The notes under the pieces are model-generated. The model did not search any database and was not told the DNA's origin. It saw only the letters and a program-made list of their open reading frames with translations. A program made the position numbers and the translations under genes. A DNA stretch of 64,000 nt, taken from the NCBI GenBank assembly GCA_049325335.1, contig JBMOMC010000044.1, forward strand, positions 32,001-96,000. The letters run 5' to 3'. Source of the DNA: Nitrospirota bacterium (lineage in GTDB: Bacteria; Nitrospirota; Nitrospiria; 2-01-FULL-66-17). Position 1 is the first letter of the stretch; the number at the start of each line of letters is the position of its first letter. Shown one piece after another: positions 52,470-60,041 of the stretch.

Positions 52470-52874
52470 TTACCGCCGCGCTCTGGCCGCGCGCCGTTTG
52501 GACTTGGCGGGAGCCGCCGTATGCGCCCCCTTGGTCGGCGGGGGAGGCGCCACGTAGGAGGCCAGCGCGGGATGGGTCTCGGGGTCGATGGGCTGATCCC
52601 ACGTGAGTCCGACCAAAAATCCTCGCGGCGACGGCGCCGTCCACGCCACCACCCCGGTCAACTTCTCCTGCGTCGCGGTGCCGGCCTGATCGAGGAACGC
52701 CATGGTGACGCTCACCGGCTCATTGGGCGGAATGGCCTCCGGAACCCGTAATCCCGCGCCGGAGGCGCTGACGTTGGTGACCACCGCGGTCACGGCGCGG
52801 CCGCCGGACCCCGGAATCACCAAGGTCGCGCCGTCAAGCGTCACGCGACGCGATGTCCGTTTCTCAGTAATCAT
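52470..52874 (-). CDS. Stand-alone PilZ-domain protein
   Basis: EKRTSRR (RxxxR) and NVSASG (D/NxSxxG). Confidence 0.85.
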   Translation of the reverse strand: MITEKRTSRRVTLDGATLVIPGSGGRAVTAVVTNVSASGAGLRVPEAIPPNEPVSVTMAFLDQAGTATQEKLTGVVAWTAPSPRGFLVGLTWDQPIDPETHPALASYVAPPPPTKGAHTAAPAKSKRRAARARR

Positions 52875-53144
52875 ACTGCCTCCCTTAGTTATCGAGTCCC
52901 CATCGTGCGTTTCAGAACGCCCGCGGAACGGTCTGCCGCGAAGCGTTCATCCCTGTCCGTCAGGGTCAAGGGCCGCGGAAGCATACCACAACCCGCGTGC
53001 CCGGAGAAGGGGTCTTCTAGACCGCGTCCGCGAGGACCATCACCGGACCATTACCGGCCTTGTGCCCGGCCGTCAAACCGTGTATGATCGCTCGGTTCAA
53101 ACGCGCGTCTCAGCCCGAAAAAAAAATGGAGCACATGGAGCACT

Positions 53145-53450
53145 ATGTCGACTACCAATGAACTCACCTCGGCACATGCCGCCGAACTGCGCCTTGCAGC
53201 GCAGGAAGGACAACTCCGCGATACCCAGAGGGAATTGGAGCAGGTTCGTCGGGAGCTGGACGCGCTTCGCGCCGCGGTGGAGCGCCTCACGGCCAGAAGC
53301 GTCGCCACCTGCAAAAAATGCGGAACAACGTACGACATGTTCAGCCATCACTATAGCATCGGGTTGTTCGACAATATCGTCTACGTGAAATGTCCCGCCT
53401 GCCAGACCCCGATGCCGGTTGATCCCCGATTGGGAGTTCGAGCGGAGTAG
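53145..53450 (+). CDS. Coiled-coil plus zinc-ribbon small protein
   Basis: N-terminal heptads; CKKC...CPAC; GGAG RBS. Confidence 0.75.
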   Translation: MSTTNELTSAHAAELRLAAQEGQLRDTQRELEQVRRELDALRAAVERLTARSVATCKKCGTTYDMFSHHYSIGLFDNIVYVKCPACQTPMPVDPRLGVRAE

Positions 53451-53458
53451 TCACGCGC

Positions 53459-53845
53459 GTGTTACCGACCGACAAACTCTACACCGGCCTCACCTGGGAA
53501 CTGTACAAGGAGCACGTCAAGAAATTCTCCCACGCCGCGGTCAAAGGAATGCCCACGGAACAGGAGATGAAAGAAGACTTGGCCGCGCTGGTGGACGCCA
53601 GCACGGTTAAAGTGCTCGCGCAGGAACGCGCGGGCATGATCGTCACGTTTCACTGGCTCGACACATTCCCCGCCTTGGAGGTGTGCGAGATCGGCGACGT
53701 CAAAGGATTTCTCGCGAACCGCTACGGTGGAGGCAAGTTCAAATTAAATCTGTACCACGGGATCAATTTTCTTTCGACCAAGAACTGGGAGACCGAAGGT
53801 CCCCCGCGATGGAAAACCATGATCCGCGGACCGGAAGAAGGGTAA
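53459..53845 (+). CDS. Hypothetical cytoplasmic protein
   Basis: Protein-like composition and GC3 bias; 8 nt after the previous stop and 3 nt before the next start. Confidence 0.7.
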   Translation: MLPTDKLYTGLTWELYKEHVKKFSHAAVKGMPTEQEMKEDLAALVDASTVKVLAQERAGMIVTFHWLDTFPALEVCEIGDVKGFLANRYGGGKFKLNLYHGINFLSTKNWETEGPPRWKTMIRGPEEG

Positions 53846-53848
53846 CCT

Positions 53849-54331
53849 GTGCCGAAAGCCGCGTACCAATTATTAGTGGTGTTTCTGGTGTTTTCCGCAA
53901 CCGTCTACATCCTGCTCATGATCGGGCCCGAGGAATCCGCGACTAAAGCGGGTGAGAAGGACATTACCATTGCGCGGGCGCCCGCCGAAGCCAAGACCTT
54001 GGCCAACCCGTTCCCACTCTCGGACGAGGTTCTGCTCGAAGGCGAGCGCATCTACCAAACCAAAGGCACGTGCTTTACCTGCCACGGCACGGCCGGCCGC
54101 GGCGACGGGCCCGCCGGTCTGGAGTTGAACCCCCGCCCCCGCAACTTCACCAATCCGCGGTTCCACGAGTTGCGGACCGACGGCGAGATGTTTTGGGTCA
54201 TCCGCAACGGCAGTCCGGGCACGAGGATGTTCTCGTATTCGCCGTCGATCATCACCGAAGATGAAGCCTGGAAAGTGATCCACTACCTGCGCACCTTGCC
54301 CACGAAAGCGGGCATGCAGCAGGCGGGTTAG
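53849..54331 (+). CDS. Membrane-anchored monoheme c-type cytochrome
   Basis: N-terminal TM helix; CFTCH; GDGPAG..L.P.PRNF, DGEMFWVI.NGSPGT.M. Confidence 0.93.
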   Translation: MPKAAYQLLVVFLVFSATVYILLMIGPEESATKAGEKDITIARAPAEAKTLANPFPLSDEVLLEGERIYQTKGTCFTCHGTAGRGDGPAGLELNPRPRNFTNPRFHELRTDGEMFWVIRNGSPGTRMFSYSPSIITEDEAWKVIHYLRTLPTKAGMQQAG

Positions 54332-54452
54332 CAGGCTGCTCAAAAAGCCCATCTGCTGCGTTCTCGGTCGTCGGAAATCCTCACGTACGACCCAGTACGC
54401 TCCGGTTTCCTCCTTCCTGCGGCCTTGCATCTGGGGCTTTTTGAGCAGCCTG
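54332..54452 (+). repeat. Structured element, copy 4
   Basis: Perfect terminal inverted repeat CAGGCTGCTCAAAAAGCCC; starts right after the cytochrome c TAG. Confidence 0.88.
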
Positions 54453-54481
54453 CTGGTCTTACCAGGTTTTTCAGGGTCCTG

Positions 54482-56668
54482 TTAGTTCGCGCCCGCCTCC
54501 GCCGCGATCAGCGGCCGTCGGTTCTCCAGTTTTGCGCGCGGCGCATCGCGCGTCGAACCGTCCGGTTGTTTGACCGCCACCGAGAGCGGTGACCGCAGCA
54601 CGGGCCACTCGCCCTTTACCACGTTGGTCGGTTCGTCGCCTTCAAAGCCCAGATACCCGTACGTTCGATAGTGCGGAAGTTTGCGCGCCAGCCCCGGGAG
54701 CGCTTCCACGCGGTCGCACCCGATCCACCCGAGCCCGTATTCCGGGTTACGCGGCTGGTGCGCGGCAACCACGACCGCGTGGCCGTCGCGGGCCAGGTCC
54801 GCACCCGGCACACGCGCGGTTGAGTCGTGCAGGGTCATCGGGAGTTCCGAGGCGGCGCGTTCGATCGCGGATCGAAAGCGGTTTTCCCAGCCCAGCACCC
54901 ATACCGCCCGGTCCTCCGGAAGGCGTTCCAGCGTCTCATCGGACACGATCTCGGCGTGCTCCGATGAGTGCGCGACGGCCTCAGCCAACCGTTGATACCC
55001 AGCCCGCAGCTCGGCGGGCGCCGCGGCCGGCACAATGACGGCGACCCGAGGCGCGCCGAATAGTTGCGAGAGCGCGGGCGGCAACTCCGCGCGGTCCAGT
55101 CGTCGAAACAGATCGAACTCCGGATCGACATCCAGACGCACGGGTCGGCCCGGCACCACCAATTCGACCCCCAACCGTTTGGTATCGAGCCGAACCACGG
55201 TCTGGTAGGCGTCCTCTCGGCCTTCAAGGGTCACCGCGACCGGAACCCGCAGGCGGTACGCCGCGCCGGGCTGCGTCTGTTCCAACAATGCGGTGAGGAG
55301 AAACCGATCGCCGAGCGGAGCCGCCTGCGCGCCACCGACCCGCAGCGCCGGAGCGCCCACCCGCTCGACCCACGGCGTGATCATCGACGTCCGGTCCGCC
55401 GACGCGGCCAAGGCCTGGTCCAGATCCGTGAACGTCGCGCGGTGGAAACGAAACGCCTTAAAAAAAGCGCGTAGGGACCGGATAAAGGCATCATCCCCCA
55501 GCTCCCGGCGCGCCATGTGAAACGCCATCAAGGCTTTGCCGTATCCCACCGCCTCGGTCGCGGAATCGCGGCGGGCGCGAAACTCCGTGAGCGGGAAGTC
55601 CCGTTCGTGCGTCACGTAATCCGCGTACTTTTGCAGCGCGGCCCGGCGGTAGGCCGCGCCCGCGCCGCGCTGCTCGGCCATCAAATGATCCGCCAAATAC
55701 GCGGTCAGTCCCTCCGCCCAGTTTCCCCCGCTCGAATCAACAAACACGCCGTTGCCCCACCAGTTGTGCAGGATCTCGTGGGGGTACGACGACGTGAGAA
55801 TAAACGGCAATCGAATAACCGTGGAACCCAACAGCGTAAACGAGGGCATGCCGTAGCCGGTTTCCCACGCGTTTTCTACCATCGCGAACTTGGGGTAGGG
55901 ATACGGACCGAACAGCGCCGAGTACATCGCCACGTATCGCGCGGTTGCGTCCAAGTACTGCTCGGCCAAGGCCGGGTCCGGGGCACGCAGCAGCGCCATG
56001 GCCGTGACCCCGCCTGCGCGACGCGTGTATTCGGTCAGCGGGCCGCCGACCAGGAAGATATCGTCCTGGGGCTCCGGCGACTTCCACCGAACCAGGCCGG
56101 ATTCCCCGTCCGCGCGGCGAGCCGTGCGTTGCCCTTGGCTCACCACCACCCAGTCCCGGGGCGCGCGCACCTCTACGGTGAACGTGACTAAGCGATCATC
56201 AAACGTCGGGTACCACGCGCTCCCGCCGTCGAGGAACACGACGTCCGATGTCACCGCGCCGTTGGCCGACGGATCATCCGACGGCTCGACCCGCCCTTCA
56301 TACGCCACCCGAAACCGCCGCGCCGAGTGCGGGAGCGCCACGGCGTATTCATCGCGCACCACGCGCGCCCCCCCCTCGCCGTCGGGCGCCGGCTCGACCC
56401 GCCTGAGCCGCACGTCGGTATCCAGAGCTCTCGGCGTCCACCCCGCGCGCAGCCGGAACCGGATCGTGCGGTCGGCGTCCGCAGTGTTGATCGGCGGCAG
56501 GGTCACCGCGTCTTCGACCAAGACACGGCCCTGATCGGGGTCAAGCACCACGGAGAGATCGTGGTGGATCGTCGCCATCCCCGCGACCGCCGCGCGACTC
56601 AATTCGCTCCCGGCAACGAGGACCGCGGAGAGGACCATCCACACAACGGTTCCACGCGCGAACACCAT
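54482..56668 (-). CDS. Secreted M1-family metallo-aminopeptidase
   Basis: GYGMPSF, PHEILHNWWGN, WAEGL, YGK; signal peptide. Confidence 0.88.
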   Translation of the reverse strand: MVFARGTVVWMVLSAVLVAGSELSRAAVAGMATIHHDLSVVLDPDQGRVLVEDAVTLPPINTADADRTIRFRLRAGWTPRALDTDVRLRRVEPAPDGEGGARVVRDEYAVALPHSARRFRVAYEGRVEPSDDPSANGAVTSDVVFLDGGSAWYPTFDDRLVTFTVEVRAPRDWVVVSQGQRTARRADGESGLVRWKSPEPQDDIFLVGGPLTEYTRRAGGVTAMALLRAPDPALAEQYLDATARYVAMYSALFGPYPYPKFAMVENAWETGYGMPSFTLLGSTVIRLPFILTSSYPHEILHNWWGNGVFVDSSGGNWAEGLTAYLADHLMAEQRGAGAAYRRAALQKYADYVTHERDFPLTEFRARRDSATEAVGYGKALMAFHMARRELGDDAFIRSLRAFFKAFRFHRATFTDLDQALAASADRTSMITPWVERVGAPALRVGGAQAAPLGDRFLLTALLEQTQPGAAYRLRVPVAVTLEGREDAYQTVVRLDTKRLGVELVVPGRPVRLDVDPEFDLFRRLDRAELPPALSQLFGAPRVAVIVPAAAPAELRAGYQRLAEAVAHSSEHAEIVSDETLERLPEDRAVWVLGWENRFRSAIERAASELPMTLHDSTARVPGADLARDGHAVVVAAHQPRNPEYGLGWIGCDRVEALPGLARKLPHYRTYGYLGFEGDEPTNVVKGEWPVLRSPLSVAVKQPDGSTRDAPRAKLENRRPLIAAEAGAN

Positions 56669-56721
56669 GGCGCGTATTCCCGCATAAGAGTGGGGCGCGC
56701 GTCAAGCGCCGGCCACGCGGT

Positions 56722-56752
56722 CTTGACTTCCGCTCCGAGCCGCTGGTCTAAT
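56722..56752 (+). promoter_or_regulatory. Promoter motif upstream of the DUF2294 gene
   Basis: CTTGACTTC-N14-GGTCTAAT, ending 9 nt before the ATG; no SD sequence. Confidence 0.6.
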
Positions 56753-56761
56753 TTCACCTCT

Positions 56762-57139
56762 ATGCCTAGAACCGTCGGTCAAGTCGAAGCGGAAATTTCC
56801 ACCGCGCTGATCCAATTTGAAAAAGACTTCATGGGTCGCGGGCCGCAGGAGACCCGAGCCTACGTGATCGAAGACATGGTGTTGGTGCGACTCAAGGGCG
56901 TGTTGACGCCGGCGGAGCAGCAGCTCGCCAAAAATACCGAAGGCACCGAGCTGATCAAACGCCTGCGCTCGAATCTGCTGGAACAGGCCCGCGAGCTGCT
57001 GTCAGGCACGATCGAAAAAATCACCGGCCTGAAGGTCACCAGCCTGTACACCGACATCAGCACCAGAACCGGCGAGCGGGTCATTCTGTTTACGCTTCAC
57101 GAGAATTTGGCGGACCGGTATCGCAATACCTCGGCTTGA
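56762..57139 (+). CDS. DUF2294 / MpsC-family protein
   Basis: GQVEAEIS..., FEKDFMGRGP, LKGVLTPAEQQL, LYTDISTRTGERVILFTL; adjacent to the dab/mps genes. Confidence 0.9.
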   Translation: MPRTVGQVEAEISTALIQFEKDFMGRGPQETRAYVIEDMVLVRLKGVLTPAEQQLAKNTEGTELIKRLRSNLLEQARELLSGTIEKITGLKVTSLYTDISTRTGERVILFTLHENLADRYRNTSA

Positions 57140-57165
57140 CTTCGTTCCGGAAGATTCGGTCTAAT
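57135..57165 (+). promoter_or_regulatory. Promoter of the dab operon (same motif as 56722)
   Basis: CTTGACTTC-N14-GGTCTAAT. Confidence 0.6.
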
Positions 57166-57183
57166 AGAGTACATTTTCGGAAG

Positions 57184-57381
57184 ATAGCCCAAAGGATTCC
57201 CATGGAATCAGTTGGGCTGTAGGCCGACTCCCTGGTTGTAGGCGGGTCGGCCTTTTTTTATTATGAGAAGGGGGGTCAACCGGCTACCGATCGACCCTGG
57301 ACGGGCCTCAGGGTGGCTCGGTGGATGGCAAGCCGGCAATGGTTCCACTGAGGGATCGATGCTGGCTTTTTCGTTTTTTTT
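57184..57381 (+). ncRNA. Putative cis-regulatory leader RNA (attenuator) of the dab operon
   Basis: Hairpin A 57184-57220, terminator 57221-57259, a middle hairpin at about 57284-57324, and hairpin B plus U-tract 57330-57381. Confidence 0.6.
57221..57259 (+). terminator. Intrinsic terminator within the dab leader
   Basis: AGGCCGACTC...GGGTCGGCCT 10-bp stem followed by a T-run. Confidence 0.8.
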
Positions 57382-57413
57382 AATGTGCTCGAATCCCGGG
57401 ATCCGTCGCGACG

Positions 57414-60041
57414 ATGCTCGCTGACTACTATCCGCTGCTGACCATCGCGGCGCCGCTCGCGGCGGGCGCCCTGACCGCGCTGCCCGCGCGGCTCATCACC
57501 GAACGACACTACCGCATCGGCGCCGTCTGCCACGCGATCGGGTTCGGCGTCGCCCTCCACACACTCTATGACGTCGCCACACGGGCGCACGGACCGATCC
57601 GTCTGCCGCTGTTCGCGTCGCCGTGGAATTTCGTTCCGTCGTTCGACCTGACGATCGACCGGCTGGCGGCGGTCATGATGCTCGTGATTTCGGGCATCGG
57701 CGCACTCCTTTACATCTATTCCATCCGCTACATGCAGCAAGAACGCGGGCAAGCGCGCTATCAGACGCTGCTCACCCTGACGATCACCACGCTGCTGTGC
57801 ATGGTGTCGAGCGCGAATCTGGTGATGCTGTTCGTGTTCTGGCAGCTTCTGAGCTGGCTGCTCTGCCTGCTCACCTATAATTATGCGCACGCGCCGACCG
57901 CCCAAGGATCGTTTCGCACGTTTGTCATTCTCCGGGCCGGAGACGTCGCGTTTCTCTCCGGAATCGTGCTCGCCTATCACCTCTATGGGACGGTGGAGTT
58001 CTCGCAGCTCTTCTCGCGAGCCGCGGCGGACGCCACCGCCTTTTCACTCCTCTGGCCGAGCAACGGCATCGAAATCAGCGGTGCTACCGCGGTGACGCTG
58101 TTGATCTTCGTCGGCGCCATGAGCAAATCGGCCCAGTTCCCACTGCATCGCTGGGTTCCTGACACGCTCTACGCCCCCACGCCCATCAGCGCGCTGCTTC
58201 ATGCGGGCATCATCAATGCGGGAGGATTTCTCATCAATCGCCTCGCCCCGCTGTATGGTATGAGCCCCTGGACCCTGCACGTCGTATTCGGCGTCGGGGT
58301 ACTCACGACAGTAGTGGGCGCGTCCATGATGTTGACACAGAACGACATCAAGAAAACGCTGGGCTACTCCACCGTCGGCCAGATGGGTTATATGATCATG
58401 GAGTGCGGACTGGGCGCGTTCGCGCTGGCGGTTTTTCATTTGATCGCGCACGGCCTGTTCAAAGCCACGAGCTTTTTGAACTCCGGCAGCGTCATCCAGA
58501 CCGCTCGGAAGGATCTCCGGCTCCCGCATCAGTCTCACGCTTCGGCGGGACCCGGGTTTTCGTCCTTGACGTGGGCGACCGGATTCATCACGTCGCTCGT
58601 GCTGCCGCTCATCATTTTGCTCGCCGCCCACGGCGTCCTGCACATCCCATTGCGAGACGCCCAGGGCGTGGTGATCTTTCTCTTCTTCAGTTGGGTCACA
58701 ACATCGCAGGCGATCCTGACGCTCTATCGCCTGCAACCGGTCGGCTCGTGGAAGGTCGCGGCGATGATGCTGGGCACCCTGTTGCTGGTGATGTTCACAT
58801 ATCTGTTCGCGGCCGAGCGGTTCACCTATTTTCTGTATCCAGAGCCCGGTGTGGTGACCGCGTATTTCCAGGCCGCGGCTCTGCCGACGTGGCTGTTCGA
58901 CTCGGTGATCGCGGTCACGGCCCTGTCGATCACGCTCGGCTGGATCGTCATCTACGCGCGGAGCCATGGCCGGTCGATCTGGGCTCCGGGCCATGTCCCG
59001 CTCTGGATCAATGAGATTTACGCGCGGCTGTATCTGCTATTCGTCAACAACGTCTATCTGGACGGCCTAGCGCTCAGAGTTCACCGGCGCGTCCGGCACC
59101 TCGCCGCGAGCCTCGAGCACAGCCCACGCGTGCTGATGGTCGGGGCGGGAATCGCCCTGGCTGTGGGATGGCATCTCGCACATCCCGCGAGCGGGTGGTC
59201 GGTCGAACCGCTCATGAGAATGTTCCTGGTTGCTGCGATGCTGCCGTTGTTCCCTCTTCACGGGATCTATGTCAGCATGTTAACTCGCACGGGGCGGGGC
59301 TCCACCGGAGTTCTTCCCGTTCTTCTGGCTGGCGCCCTGCCGTTGGCGGGCTTGTATGCTCTGTCGGGTCTGCTCCCCATGCTGGCGCCCGAGGTCCTGC
59401 GCGGCGTGGGGGTCCTTGCCTTGGTTGGAACGCTCTACGGATCGTTCAAGGCTCTGGTCCAGTGCAGGGTGCCACACGTGGTGGCCTATGGGGGCCTCGC
59501 GTACCACTCGATCGTGTGGTGGCATATGATCCGGGTCGGGCATGTCACGCCGCAAGCCGTCGTCTCCACGGCCTCGGCCGTGTTGGTGACGTGCGGGTTG
59601 CTGCTGGCATGGAATCGGGTGCGGGCGCGCTACGGTGATGTCGAACTGGGCCGAATCGGTGGGTTGGCCCGGCCCATGCCGCGCTTTGCCACATTGATGG
59701 CGCTGCTCGTGATGGCCGCCATCGGATTGCCGCCGTTCGGTCTGTTCTTTAGCTACCTCTCCCTGTGGCTCGAACCTGCGCCTCACTTCTCCTTCGGCGG
59801 ATCGCTGGGCTGGGCGATCTTCGCCCTTGCATGGTTCATGGCATCCTGGTATCTGTTCAGGCTCATGCAACGGCTCTTGTTCGGACCGCACCGCGAGGAT
59901 CTTCGGTACGACGATCTCAGCCGCGCCGAGGCCGCGCCGCTGGTCCTGGTCCTTGTGCTCCTGTTGGCCATTGGGATGTTGCCGAACGAACTGATCGATG
60001 TGAGTAGCGCCACCGTCCTGTGGCCGATCGGCGGTGAGTAA
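57414..60041 (+). CDS. dabB: DAB/Mps inorganic-carbon pump membrane subunit (NuoL-like), copy 1, with a NuoM-like C-terminal extension
   Basis: MSKSAQFPLH.W.PD...APTP.SALLHAGIINAGGFL, STVGQMG.M..ECGLG...A.FHLIAHGLFKA; upstream of DUF2309. Confidence 0.85.
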   Translation: MLADYYPLLTIAAPLAAGALTALPARLITERHYRIGAVCHAIGFGVALHTLYDVATRAHGPIRLPLFASPWNFVPSFDLTIDRLAAVMMLVISGIGALLYIYSIRYMQQERGQARYQTLLTLTITTLLCMVSSANLVMLFVFWQLLSWLLCLLTYNYAHAPTAQGSFRTFVILRAGDVAFLSGIVLAYHLYGTVEFSQLFSRAAADATAFSLLWPSNGIEISGATAVTLLIFVGAMSKSAQFPLHRWVPDTLYAPTPISALLHAGIINAGGFLINRLAPLYGMSPWTLHVVFGVGVLTTVVGASMMLTQNDIKKTLGYSTVGQMGYMIMECGLGAFALAVFHLIAHGLFKATSFLNSGSVIQTARKDLRLPHQSHASAGPGFSSLTWATGFITSLVLPLIILLAAHGVLHIPLRDAQGVVIFLFFSWVTTSQAILTLYRLQPVGSWKVAAMMLGTLLLVMFTYLFAAERFTYFLYPEPGVVTAYFQAAALPTWLFDSVIAVTALSITLGWIVIYARSHGRSIWAPGHVPLWINEIYARLYLLFVNNVYLDGLALRVHRRVRHLAASLEHSPRVLMVGAGIALAVGWHLAHPASGWSVEPLMRMFLVAAMLPLFPLHGIYVSMLTRTGRGSTGVLPVLLAGALPLAGLYALSGLLPMLAPEVLRGVGVLALVGTLYGSFKALVQCRVPHVVAYGGLAYHSIVWWHMIRVGHVTPQAVVSTASAVLVTCGLLLAWNRVRARYGDVELGRIGGLARPMPRFATLMALLVMAAIGLPPFGLFFSYLSLWLEPAPHFSFGGSLGWAIFALAWFMASWYLFRLMQRLLFGPHREDLRYDDLSRAEAAPLVLVLVLLLAIGMLPNELIDVSSATVLWPIGGE

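Noticed and set aside
57184..57368. ANTAR dual-hairpin target for the GAF-ANTAR protein
   Set aside because: The CAAAGG/CAATGG hexamers lie in long stems or internal loops about 145 nt apart, not in two adjacent short hexaloop hairpins
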